From Burkholderiales bacterium (GTDB lineage: Bacteria; Pseudomonadota; Gammaproteobacteria; Burkholderiales; SG8-39), in assembly GCA_049802235.1 (NCBI GenBank), contig JBARMB010000107.1:103874-167873 (forward strand): 64,000 nt of DNA. The letters are read 5' to 3'. Each line of letters begins with the position of its first letter. The first letter of the stretch is position 1. The notes below the pieces were generated by a model. It was not told the DNA's origin. It saw nothing but the letters and a program-made list of their open reading frames with translations, and ran no database searches. The position numbers and the translations under genes were made by a program. Below, in pieces: positions 23,048 through 33,880 of the stretch.

Positions 23048-23711
23048 TCAGCTTCTCGAGACAATAGCCCAGGCCGCGCACGGTCGCGATCCTTACGCCG
23101 CTGGATTCGAGCTTCTTGCGCAGGCGGTGGATGTAGACCTCGATGGCATTGGTGCTGACCTCCTCGCCCCACTCGCACAGGTGGTCCACCAGCTGTTCCT
23201 TGCTCACCATCCGTCCCGGGCGATGCATCAGAATCTCCAGCAGGGCGAGCTCGCGCGCCGAGAGCTCGAGCTTCTGGCCCTCCAGGTGCGCTACCTTGCC
23301 GGCCTGGTCGAAGCGAAGCGGCCCGAGCGACGCGCCGACGCCGGACATCCCGTTTCCACGCCGCGCGCATGCACGCACGCGCGCCTCCAGCTCCTCCAGC
23401 GCGAACGGCTTGGCGAGATAGTCGTCGGCACCGAGGTCAAGCCCGCGCACACGATCCCCGATCCCGTCCATGGCAGTGAGGATCAGCACCGGCAGACGGG
23501 AATCGCGGCCTCGCAGCCGTTTGAGCACCTCCAGTCCCCCCATTTTCGGAAGACCGAGATCGAGAATGAGCAAGTCGAATTCCCCGGTGGTGAGCGCGCA
23601 ATCGGCTTCGACCCCGTTCTTGACGCAGTCCACCGCGTAGCCCGAGACGCGCAGGCTGCGTGTCAACCCGTCGGCGAGAAGCGCATCGTCCTCGGCTACC
23701 AGGATGTGCAT
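23034..23711 (-). CDS. OmpR-family response regulator (TctD-like)
   Basis: ATG 23711 (MHILVAEDD...). A receiver domain is followed by a winged-helix C-terminus (EVYIHRLRKKL, TVRGLGY). Confidence 0.88.
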   Translation of the reverse strand: MHILVAEDDALLADGLTRSLRVSGYAVDCVKNGVEADCALTTGEFDLLILDLGLPKMGGLEVLKRLRGRDSRLPVLILTAMDGIGDRVRGLDLGADDYLAKPFALEELEARVRACARRGNGMSGVGASLGPLRFDQAGKVAHLEGQKLELSARELALLEILMHRPGRMVSKEQLVDHLCEWGEEVSTNAIEVYIHRLRKKLESSGVRIATVRGLGYCLEKLNGKG

Positions 23712-23812
23712 GTCCCCTCCTTTCGCGGCCCCATGTCGGAAAGTTGCCCGGGCCACGCCCTCTCGGGGAAAGTGTAGCAAAGCGCCGTAGCCGCTGCAGC
23801 GGAAGCCGGAAA

Positions 23813-23840
23813 TAAAAAAGCCCCGCCGAAGCGGGGCTTT
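23813..23840 (-). terminator. rho-independent terminator of groESL
   Basis: The minus strand reads GAAAGCCCCGCTTCGGCGGGGCTTTTTTATTT: a GC stem with a TTCG loop and a T-run. Confidence 0.6.
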
Positions 23841-23926
23841 CAGGAATTGCTGCGGAGGGGGTAACGGGGGAACCTCGGGTTCCCCCGTTTCGAGCCTGCC
23901 GGCATGTAATGCGCGCTAAGGGCGCA

Positions 23927-25621
<1,695 letters not shown>

Positions 25622-25912
25622 TTATGCGAGGACGCCCAAGATGTCCTCTTCGCGTATTACGAGGTACTCCGTACCTTCGATCTTCACCGGTTGCCCGGCA
25701 CTGTACTTGGCGAACAGGACGCGGTCGCCGACTTTGACGTCAAGCGGGCGCACCTTGCCGTCTTCGAGGATCTTGCCTTTGCCGACGGAGATGACTTCAC
25801 CCTGGTCGGGCTTCTCTCCCGCGGTATCGGGAATGACGATTCCACCGGCGGTCTTGCTTTCTCCTTCGAGACGCTTCACCACGACGCGGTCATGCAAGGG
25901 ACGGATCTTCAT
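25622..25912 (-). CDS. groES: co-chaperonin GroES
   Basis: 96 aa starting [14 protein letters not shown]..., 36 nt upstream of groEL. Confidence 0.95.
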   Translation of the reverse strand: MKIRPLHDRVVVKRLEGESKTAGGIVIPDTAGEKPDQGEVISVGKGKILEDGKVRPLDVKVGDRVLFAKYSAGQPVKIEGTEYLVIREEDILGVLA

Positions 25913-25988
25913 ACAATTGCTCCTTTAACAGTGGGTTAGTGCCCGCTAACTGACGATGCGGCCAAGAAAATCATGTGAAACGAACTTG

Positions 25989-26015
25989 TTAGCACTCGTA
26001 TAGGACGAGTGCTAA
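25989..26015 (-). promoter_or_regulatory. CIRCE operator (HrcA binding site)
   Basis: TTAGCACTC-GTATAGGAC-GAGTGCTAA is a perfect match to the CIRCE consensus TTAGCACTC-N9-GAGTGCTAA. It lies about 75 nt upstream of groES. Confidence 0.85.
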
Positions 26016-26043
26016 TAGTACGGCTTTCGGTGCCGGATTTCAA
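26015..26043 (-). promoter_or_regulatory. candidate groESL promoter
   Basis: The minus strand reads CTTGAAA-N17-TACTAT, with the -10 abutting CIRCE. The CTTGAAA -35 also resembles the sigma32 -35 element. Confidence 0.5.
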
Positions 26044-26491
26044 GCACCTGTGTGGGGAAGTGTCGACTTGCTGACTTCCTGCAGCTCAATGGTGACACCG
26101 GATCCCGGAGTGTCAGCCCTACGCCCGATGCGGGCGGAAATTTCGATATTGCCGGTGCCTTCCCATCGATACGCCGCATGACGCGCGGCTAAGGCGGTTG
26201 GCGATCGCGACGCTGCAGCTGGCGTGACGATTCGGGACGCGGATTGAGCCCGTCATCGACAAAGACGGTCGATGTTCAACGCGACACTGACGTCAATGCG
26301 GAGCGCGACGCCAACAACGAGAACCATCGCTGAGCAATCGCGCTGCCGTTTCAAATCCGGGCGGCTGGCCCGAGCGCCCGGCCCGTTCGGCCGCGAATCG
26401 CCCCCCGTTCTTTAGCACCGCGCCGGTCGGTCGCGGAGCGTCCGGCGCAGTGCCCGGCAACTTTGGAGCAACGGTCCCGAACTGGGGGCAC

Positions 26492-27484
26492 CTAGGCGCG
26501 CGCCTTCTCCATGAAATCCGGCCGCAGGGCTTTGTCCCAGTCCGGTATGGCCGGAATCTTCTTCGCCTTCAGGAGAATTTCCGCCTGCTCCTGCATATAG
26601 GACTTCAGATTCGACGGAAAGCCCGGGTTCACGTCCACGGTGGCGATCGCCTTCCTGAAGGTCTCCTTCGACATCTTGTAGCCCTTCGAGGTATAGAAGG
26701 CGTAGATGGTGTCGGCCACCTTGTCCGGGAGTTCCTTGAAGTCGCGCGCCACCGCGAGCCAGGACTTCAGGTAGGCCACCACGACGTCCGGATTTTTCTC
26801 GATGAAGTCGGGGGTAGCGGCCATGAATACCGGCATCTTGTCGATGTCCCAGTAGTCCATGATGGTGGTGGCGATGCCGTCGGCCTCGGCGATCGAGTTG
26901 TAGGGCTCCACGCACACCATGGCGTCCACCGACTTGGCGGCCATCGCGGACACCATGTCGTTGACGTTCATGCGCACCTCCTGATAGTCGCCCTTCTTCA
27001 GCCCGTGCGTCGGCCCGATCGTGTCCACGAAAATGTTACCAATGGACGAGCCGGTCTGGTTGGCGATCTTCTTCCCGCGCAGCTGCTCGACCTTGGTGAT
27101 GTTCAGGTCCTTGCGCGCCATCACGCGGGTGGTCTTGCCCACCTGCTCGATCACGGCGATGGCGACGAGGCCGCCGCGGGCGTTGCCGATGATGAACGAC
27201 GGCCCGGCGTAGGTACCCATGTCCACCTGCCTGGCGACCATCTGCTGCATGGTGAGGTTGCCCGAGGGCACCGCGAAATCCTGGAACTTGACGCCGTGCT
27301 TCTCGAGCTGGCCCGAGTGCATGAGATAGTAGGTGGGCATGCCCCACATGTTTGTCTGATAGCCTTGGCGGACGGGCTCCGCCGCCAGCGTCAATCCCGA
27401 GCGCCCCAGGCCCGCCGCCAGCATCGCAGCGCCGGACGTGGCCAGAAATTGCCGACGGGCAATCATCGTTTTATGAATGGTCAT
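26492..27484 (-). CDS. ABC transporter substrate-binding protein (NitT/TauT, SsuA/TauA/NMT1-like) with twin-arginine signal, system 2
   Basis: ATG 27484. The N-terminus MTIHKTMIARRQFLATSGAAMLAAGLG carries a Tat-type RRxFL motif. It is the last gene of the permease-permease-ATPase-SBP operon. Confidence 0.8.
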   Translation of the reverse strand: MTIHKTMIARRQFLATSGAAMLAAGLGRSGLTLAAEPVRQGYQTNMWGMPTYYLMHSGQLEKHGVKFQDFAVPSGNLTMQQMVARQVDMGTYAGPSFIIGNARGGLVAIAVIEQVGKTTRVMARKDLNITKVEQLRGKKIANQTGSSIGNIFVDTIGPTHGLKKGDYQEVRMNVNDMVSAMAAKSVDAMVCVEPYNSIAEADGIATTIMDYWDIDKMPVFMAATPDFIEKNPDVVVAYLKSWLAVARDFKELPDKVADTIYAFYTSKGYKMSKETFRKAIATVDVNPGFPSNLKSYMQEQAEILLKAKKIPAIPDWDKALRPDFMEKARA

Positions 27485-27537
27485 AGCTCGTTTCTCCTTT
27501 CGGGTGGATGATGGGCGCACCGTCCCTCAGTTCTCCA

Positions 27538-28299
27538 TCAGGCCTTCACGGCCTGCTCGCTGAGGTGGCGCAGGAGTTCCTTCTGATGCTCGAGGAATTC
27601 TACGCTGAGCGCGTCTCGCGGCCGGGGCAGGCGAATGGGGATCACCGCCTTCACCGTGCCGGGGTGCGGCGTCATGACGACCACGCGGTCGGCAAGGAAG
27701 ACCGCCTCGGCGACGTTGTGCGTCACGTAGATGACCGTCTTTCGCGTCTCCCGCCACACGTCCGCCAGCAGTTGCTGCATGTTGTCACGCGTCATCGCGT
27801 CCAGCGCCGCGAACGGCTCGTCCATGAGGAGCACTGCCGGATTGTAGGCAAGCGCGCGCGCAATGGCGACGCGCTGCTGCATCCCGCCCGACAGATGGTG
27901 CGGATAGGACCGCGCGAACTTCTCCAGCTTCACCAGCCGGAGTTGCTGCATCGCGATCTCCTCGCGCTCGGCCTTCGGCACGCCCTTCATCTCCAGGCCG
28001 AAGGCCACGTTTTCGATCGCCGTGCGCCAGGGAAAGAGCTGGGCGAAGTCCTGGAACACGACGCCACGATCCAGGCCGTGGCCGGTCACCGCCTTCCCGC
28101 CGATGCGGATCTCGCCGGCGGAGGGCGCGAGGAATCCCGCGATGATGTTGAGCAGCGTGGACTTGCCGCAGCCGCTGGGGCCGACGATGCAGAGAAACTC
28201 GGAGGCCTGCATGCTGAAATTGACGCCCTGCACGCCGGGCACCTTGCCGCCGGGGGTGTCGTACGCGAGCGTGACGTTGCCGACTTCGATGGGAAGCAT
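27538..28299 (-). CDS. ABC transporter ATP-binding protein (NitT/TauT family), system 2
   Basis: Walker A GPSGCGKST, signature LSGGMQQR and Walker B LLMDEP are present. By eye it is roughly half identical to the system-1 ATPase. Confidence 0.88.
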   Translation of the reverse strand: MLPIEVGNVTLAYDTPGGKVPGVQGVNFSMQASEFLCIVGPSGCGKSTLLNIIAGFLAPSAGEIRIGGKAVTGHGLDRGVVFQDFAQLFPWRTAIENVAFGLEMKGVPKAEREEIAMQQLRLVKLEKFARSYPHHLSGGMQQRVAIARALAYNPAVLLMDEPFAALDAMTRDNMQQLLADVWRETRKTVIYVTHNVAEAVFLADRVVVMTPHPGTVKAVIPIRLPRPRDALSVEFLEHQKELLRHLSEQAVKA

Positions 28300-28309
28300 T
28301 GTCGCGCTT

Positions 28310-29101
28310 TCAGCCTTTTGCCGTTCGAACCATGCCCCAGCGCAGGATCGTCGCGCGCTCCAGCGAGCCGAACACCAGCCGCTCGAAGAGGAAGCCGATG
28401 CATCCGATGACCGCGAGCGAGGCGAGCATCACGTCGGCGTTGAGAAATTCCTTGGCGTCAAAGATCACCCAGCCCAGCCCCCAGTCGGACGCGGCGATCA
28501 TCTCGGCCCCGACCACGGCGACCCAGGAGCGCAGGAACGCCTGACGCAGCCCGGTGATGACGAAGGGCGAGGCGCCCGGGATGATGACCTTCCAGAACAG
28601 CGCGCGCCCGCCGGCGCCCATCGCGCCGGCCGCGCGCAGCCACAGCGGGTTGACCGAGCGCACGCCCGTCCAGGTATTGAGCAGCATCGGAAAGGTCGCC
28701 GCGTAGACGACGATGAGGATGGTGGTCGCGTTGCCCAGGCCCAGCCACAGGATGAACACCGGTACCCAGGCGAGCGACGGAATCGGCATGAGCACGCTCA
28801 CCAGCGGCAGGAAGAAGTGTTCGACGGCGCGAAAACGCGCCATCAGGAACCCCAGCGGCAGGCCCACTGCGACCGCGAGCCCGAAGCCGAGCAGCACGCG
28901 GTACAGGGTGTAGAAGGCGTGGCGCTCCATGCTGCCGTCGGCGAGCATGCCGATCAGCGTGTGCGCCACCGTGGGAATTGCCGGCAGCAGCGCCGCGGCA
29001 AAGAATCCGCTGCGGGCGGCGGCTTCGTAGAGCGCCGCCGCGACCGCCAGCGTGATCGCCGCGCGCCGGATCGACCGCACTCTCTCGCCGGAGGCACTCA
29101 T
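28310..29101 (-). CDS. ABC transporter permease (NitT/TauT family), system 2
   Basis: This is the 263-aa C-terminal part of a 516-aa run-on ORF, with ATG at 29101. It overlaps the upstream permease by 4 bp and has a multi-TM BPD-type fold. Confidence 0.8.
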   Translation of the reverse strand: MSASGERVRSIRRAAITLAVAAALYEAAARSGFFAAALLPAIPTVAHTLIGMLADGSMERHAFYTLYRVLLGFGLAVAVGLPLGFLMARFRAVEHFFLPLVSVLMPIPSLAWVPVFILWLGLGNATTILIVVYAATFPMLLNTWTGVRSVNPLWLRAAGAMGAGGRALFWKVIIPGASPFVITGLRQAFLRSWVAVVGAEMIAASDWGLGWVIFDAKEFLNADVMLASLAVIGCIGFLFERLVFGSLERATILRWGMVRTAKG

Positions 29102-29940
29102 GCGGTCATCATCCCCCAGCGGACCACCGTGTACTGCTCCAGCCGCCTGAACGCCAGGTTCTCGAGGATCAGGCCGATGGCGCCGATCATCGCGATGCCG
29201 GCCAGCATCACGTCCGTGTTCAGGAACTCCTGTGCCCCGAAGATGAGCCAGCCGAGCCCCCATTTCACCGCCGCGAGCATCTCCGCGGCAATCAGGATGC
29301 GCCAGGCCTGCGCCAGCCCCAGGCGCAGCCCGGTGAGGATGTGCGGCAGCGCGCCCGGCAGGATCACATGATAGAACAGCCGCCGGTCGCTCGCGCCCAT
29401 CGCCTGCGCCGCGCGCACCCAGATCTCCTTCACCGCCTTCACGCCGGTCCAGGTGTTCACGATGACGGGGAAGGTCGCGACGAAACCCACCAGCAAAATG
29501 GTGGGCACGTTGCCCAGGCCGAACCAGAGCATGAAGAGCGGCGCGTAGGCGAGGCCCGGAATCGGTGCACCGATGCTCACCAGGGGGAGAAAGACGTCCT
29601 CGGCGACGCGCGAGCGGCCCATCGCGATGCCGACGGCCACGCCGAGCACCGCGGCGAGCGCAAACCCGGCAAGCAGCCGCCCGAGCGTGTCGACGGTGTG
29701 GTGCAGCAGGATGCCCGAGGCGGCGAGGCGCACGAACGCGGCCGCCACCGTCTCCAGCGTCGGAAACAGCTGCGCCGGAAAGGTGCCCGTGCGCGCCACG
29801 ATCTCCCAGATGCCGCCCACCACGAGGAACGGAAATACCGTGCGCGCCGCCAAGCGCCACCGCGTGCCGCTCCGGAGGTCCGCCGGCGCCTCGGAGAGTG
29901 CCGAGACATGGGCGGAAGCGACAGGGACGTTATCGTGCAT
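29098..29940 (-). CDS. ABC transporter permease (NitT/TauT family), system 2
   Basis: 280-aa multi-TM protein with the region WVRAAQAMGASDRRLFYHVILPGALP. Confidence 0.8.
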   Translation of the reverse strand: MHDNVPVASAHVSALSEAPADLRSGTRWRLAARTVFPFLVVGGIWEIVARTGTFPAQLFPTLETVAAAFVRLAASGILLHHTVDTLGRLLAGFALAAVLGVAVGIAMGRSRVAEDVFLPLVSIGAPIPGLAYAPLFMLWFGLGNVPTILLVGFVATFPVIVNTWTGVKAVKEIWVRAAQAMGASDRRLFYHVILPGALPHILTGLRLGLAQAWRILIAAEMLAAVKWGLGWLIFGAQEFLNTDVMLAGIAMIGAIGLILENLAFRRLEQYTVVRWGMMTA

Positions 29941-30391
29941 TGAACTGGGATATCCGTTAAACCCCGAACAGCGGGGGAAGAGCTTCCAGAGGGTTTCGCA
30001 AGCCGTCGCTTTTCCGATGTCTCCGCGCGGATCGCCGCGTCGCAGATCCGTTTGAGCGGATTTCCGCGCGTCGCGACGGATTTAATTTCTCTTATTATCT
30101 ACGGAGAGAGATCCCCTTGCCCATGTCCGGTCCGGCGTACGGACCGAGAGGATCCGCTCCCGCGGATTATGGCCGAAAGGCCGACAAACGACCGACGCAA
30201 TATATACCAAGGTCGCGACACCTTCACAAGCCCAGGTCTTGTGGACCCGCGTCGTGTCGCGTTTTCAGGCTGTCCGCTTGCCGCACCGAGACGCGACCCG
30301 CCGGAGTCCGGAAGCGCCGGAATCATGTGGGGCCCGCCGCAGCCGGCGGACTTCCCGGTTGCGCGCCACGCCCGGGCGGGAAGCCGGGAAT

Positions 30392-30610
30392 TCAGCCGGC
30401 GGCGCCGCGTTCCTTCAGCCCGAACCGCTTGAGCAGCGACTCGAGCGGGCATAACCCGGTGAAGCTGCTTTGCAGAAGATTGGCTCCCACAAACGCCGCG
30501 ACCCACAGCCAGTAGCCGCTGTGGAATAGCGGGCTCGCCGCCGCACCGAGCGCCAGCGACACCAGGACGAAACTTCCTGCAAAAGCGCGAATCGCACGTT
30601 CGAGCGTCAT
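30392..30610 (-). CDS. YgaP-like transmembrane domain protein (DUF2892)
   Basis: 72 aa with two TM helices and the FTGLCPLESLL motif typical of DUF2892. It starts 19 nt downstream of the RND gene. Confidence 0.7.
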   Translation of the reverse strand: MTLERAIRAFAGSFVLVSLALGAAASPLFHSGYWLWVAAFVGANLLQSSFTGLCPLESLLKRFGLKERGAAG

Positions 30611-30629
30611 TGATGTCTCCTCAGGGAAG

Positions 30630-33600
30630 TCAAGATTGGGGAAGAGGCTCCGGATCGGCGGCCGGAGCGCCGAGTTCTTTCCATTTGAGCGCGTAATAGA
30701 GCACCGGGATGACGACCAGAGTAAGAACGGTGGACACGAGGATGCCGAATATGAGCGACACGGCGAGGCCGTTGAAGATCGGGTCGTCGAGGATGAACAG
30801 CGCCCCGAGCATCGCCGCGACGCCGGTGAGGATGATCGGCTTGGCGCGCGTTGCGGCCGCGCCGATCACGGCGCGCTGGAAATCCACGCCCCCCTCGACC
30901 TGCAGGTTGACGAAATCGACCAGCAGGATCGAGTTCCTCACGATGATCCCGGCAAGCGCAATCATGCCGATCATCGAAGTCGCGGTGAATTGCGCGCCCA
31001 GGAGCGCGTGACCCGGCAGCACACCGATGACCGTGAGCGGGATCGGCGCCATGATGACGAGCGGAACGAGGTAGGAGCGGAATTGTGCCACCACCAGAAG
31101 GTAGATCAGGACGAGGCCCACCGCGTAGGCGATGCCCATGTCGCGGAAAGTCTCGTAGGTCACCTGCCATTCTCCGTCCCACTTGATGGCGTAGCCGCCG
31201 TATGCGTCCTCGGGCTGGCTGATGAAGTACTCGCCGAGCGTCCCTCCCTGCGGCGCCTTCAATGCGTGCACGCCGGCGCGCATGCCGAACATGCCATAGA
31301 GCGGGCTGTCGAGCTTTCCGGCCATGTCGGCGACGACGTAGGCCACCGGCAGCAGGTCCTTGTGATAGATGGTCTTGTCGCGCTGCGTCGGGGTTGCGAT
31401 CAGCAGTTCCGACAGCGGCACGAGATTGCCGTCCTGCGAGCGCACCCGCAGTTTGAGCAGCGATTCGGCGCTGCCCGCCTGCTCGGGCGGCAGGCTGATC
31501 CTGACCGGGACTTCGTACTTGGCGCGCCCGTCGTGGATCGGCGTCACCTCGTCGCCGGCGAGCGCGGCGCGCAGGGCGAGCACGATGTCGCGCTGCGCGA
31601 CGCCCATCAACGCGCTTTTCGCCCGGTCGACGCGCAACACCAGCTTCGGCGCGTCCTCGTCGACGCTCGAGTCGATGTCGATGATGTCCGGCGTGGCGGC
31701 GAAAAGACCGCGAAGCGACTGTGCCAGCTCAAGCTGGCCGGCGTAATCGGGGCCGTATACTTCCGCCACGATCGGCGACAGCACGGGCGGACCCGGCGGC
31801 ACCTCGACCACTTTCACGGTGGCGCCGTATCGGGCGCCGATCGCGTCTATCGCGGGGCGAACCCGAAGCGCGATATCGTGGCTTTTGCGGTCGCGGTGAT
31901 GCTTGTCTACGAGATTGACCTGGATGTCGCCCAACTCCGGCGCGGCGCGCAGGTAGTACTGCCGCACCAGGCCGTTGAAATTGATCGGAGCGCTGGTGCC
32001 GGCATAGGCCTGGTAGTCGGTGACTTCGGGCACGGTGGCAAGGAAGGCGCCGATTTCGTGCAACACCCGGCTGGTTTCCTCGAGCGGCGTGCCGGTGGGC
32101 ATGTCCACCATGACCTGGAACTCCGACTTGTTGTCGAACGGCAGCATCTTCAGCACCACGAGCTTCACCGCCACGAGCGAGATGCTGGCGGCGATCAGCA
32201 CGCCGATCGCGACGAAGAGCTTGCGCCGCGCGCGGGCGCCGTCGCGCCCGCGCAGGAACGGCGCGATGATGCGCTCGAACGCGCGCGCGGTGCGGCTGCT
32301 CGCGGCCTCGCCGTGCACTTGGGGATGCGCGGGGAGCAGCTTCAACGCCAGCCACGGCGTCACCACGAACGCGATCGCAAGCGAAATCAGCATGCCGATG
32401 CTGGCGTTGATCGGGATCGGGCTCATGTACGGCCCCATCAACCCGGTGACGAACGCCATCGGCAGCAGCGCGGCGATCACGGTAAAGGTGGCAAGAATGG
32501 TCGGGCCGCCGACTTCGTCCACCGCCAGGGGGATCATCAACTCGAGGGAGTCGCCGGCGTGGGCGCGATGGCGATGGATGTTCTCCACCACCACGATGGC
32601 ATCGTCGACCAGGATGCCGATGGAAAAGATGAGCGCAAACAGCGACACGCGATTGAGCGTGAAGCCCCAGACCCAGGAGGCGAACAGCGTGGCGGCAAGG
32701 GTCAGCAGCACCGCGCCGCCGACGATCACCGCCTCGCGCCTGCCGAGCGCTGCCCACACCAGCGCCACCACCGACAGCGTAGCAAAAATCAGTTTCTGGA
32801 TCAGCTTCATCGCCTTGTCGTTGGCGGTCTCGCCGTAGTTGCGGGTGAGCGCGACGGAGACGCCCTCGGGAATGATGCTGCCTTTCAACTGATCCGCGCG
32901 ACGGATGAGACGCTCGGCAACCTCGACCGCGTTCTCGCCAGGCTTCTTCGAGACGGCGATCGTGACCGCCGGAAACTCGGAGCCGGCCGCCACGGATTCG
33001 GCGCCCGCGTGCCCGAATCCGTGCCAGACATAACGCCCAGGCAGCTCCGGACCATCGACGACACGGGCGATGTCCTCGATGAACACCGGGCGCCCCTGCT
33101 GCTGCCCCACTACCAGCCGTGCGACGTCGCGCGCCGAAGACAGGAAAGTTCCCGCCTCGACCAACACCTCGCGGTTCGCGCCGATCAGACTCCCCGCGGG
33201 AAGCGAAACGTTGGCCGCGAGCAGCGCACCTCGCACGTCCTGAGCCGTCACCCGGGAGGACTGCATCCGTTCGGGATCGAGCAGAACGCGCACGCTGCGC
33301 CCGGGGCCGCCGATGGTCTGGACCACGCGGGTGCCCGGCACGCGCTTCAACTCGACTTCGGCGGCGTGCGCGACGCGCTCCAGGTCGAATGCCCCGCGCT
33401 GCGGATCGGCCGTCCACAGCGTCAGCGTCACGATCGGCACATCGTCGATTCCCATCGGCTTGATGATCGGCTCGCCGACGCCGAGGTCGGGCGACACCCA
33501 GTCCTTGTTCGAGTAAAGGGTGTCGTACAGCCGCACCAGCGCCTGGGTGCGGTCCTCGCCGACCTTGAACTGCACGGTCAGGATTGCGATGCCGGGCTTG

Positions 33601-33869
33601 GACACCGAGAACACGTGCTCGATGCCGGTGATCCTCGAGAGGACTTGCTCGGCGGGCGTCGCGACCAGCGCCTCCACGTCCCTTGCCGACGCTCCCGGGA
33701 ACGGGATCAGGACGTTTGCCATGGTGACGTTGATTTGCGGCTCCTCCTCGCGCGGGGTCACCGCGACCGAGAACGCCCCGAGCAGCAACAGCGCGAGCGC
33801 GATGAGCGGCGTCAGCTGCGAGGAAATGAAGAACCGGCTGATGCGTCCGGAAATGCCGAGCGGCTCCAT
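30630..33869 (-). CDS. RND efflux transporter permease (AcrB/AcrD/AcrF superfamily)
   Basis: 1079 aa with 12-TM RND architecture and the TM4 motif GILVDDAIVVVENI. Confidence 0.92.
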   Translation of the reverse strand: MEPLGISGRISRFFISSQLTPLIALALLLLGAFSVAVTPREEEPQINVTMANVLIPFPGASARDVEALVATPAEQVLSRITGIEHVFSVSKPGIAILTVQFKVGEDRTQALVRLYDTLYSNKDWVSPDLGVGEPIIKPMGIDDVPIVTLTLWTADPQRGAFDLERVAHAAEVELKRVPGTRVVQTIGGPGRSVRVLLDPERMQSSRVTAQDVRGALLAANVSLPAGSLIGANREVLVEAGTFLSSARDVARLVVGQQQGRPVFIEDIARVVDGPELPGRYVWHGFGHAGAESVAAGSEFPAVTIAVSKKPGENAVEVAERLIRRADQLKGSIIPEGVSVALTRNYGETANDKAMKLIQKLIFATLSVVALVWAALGRREAVIVGGAVLLTLAATLFASWVWGFTLNRVSLFALIFSIGILVDDAIVVVENIHRHRAHAGDSLELMIPLAVDEVGGPTILATFTVIAALLPMAFVTGLMGPYMSPIPINASIGMLISLAIAFVVTPWLALKLLPAHPQVHGEAASSRTARAFERIIAPFLRGRDGARARRKLFVAIGVLIAASISLVAVKLVVLKMLPFDNKSEFQVMVDMPTGTPLEETSRVLHEIGAFLATVPEVTDYQAYAGTSAPINFNGLVRQYYLRAAPELGDIQVNLVDKHHRDRKSHDIALRVRPAIDAIGARYGATVKVVEVPPGPPVLSPIVAEVYGPDYAGQLELAQSLRGLFAATPDIIDIDSSVDEDAPKLVLRVDRAKSALMGVAQRDIVLALRAALAGDEVTPIHDGRAKYEVPVRISLPPEQAGSAESLLKLRVRSQDGNLVPLSELLIATPTQRDKTIYHKDLLPVAYVVADMAGKLDSPLYGMFGMRAGVHALKAPQGGTLGEYFISQPEDAYGGYAIKWDGEWQVTYETFRDMGIAYAVGLVLIYLLVVAQFRSYLVPLVIMAPIPLTVIGVLPGHALLGAQFTATSMIGMIALAGIIVRNSILLVDFVNLQVEGGVDFQRAVIGAAATRAKPIILTGVAAMLGALFILDDPIFNGLAVSLIFGILVSTVLTLVVIPVLYYALKWKELGAPAADPEPLPQS

Positions 33870-33880
33870 GCGCGCGTCGG

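Noticed and set aside
30131-30150. GGTCCGGCGTACGGACCGAGAG on the plus strand, reminiscent of the GGUCCGAGAG core of guanidine-I (ykkC) riboswitches, which often control NitT/TauT-type ABC transporters
   Set aside because: It is on the wrong strand, because the ABC operon is transcribed leftwards on the minus strand. The match is GGACCGAGAG rather than GGUCCGAGAG. The other conserved ykkC blocks (CUAGGGUUCCG, ACGGCGGGA...CCCGGGAGA) are not present in the right order. An Infernal scan would settle it.
30052-30515. Plus-strand ORFs of 126-132 aa (30052..30432, 30117..30515) in the gene-free region
   Set aside because: Their translations are Pro/Arg/Gly-rich and not protein-like. They run antisense into the DUF2892 gene and have no Shine-Dalgarno sequence.
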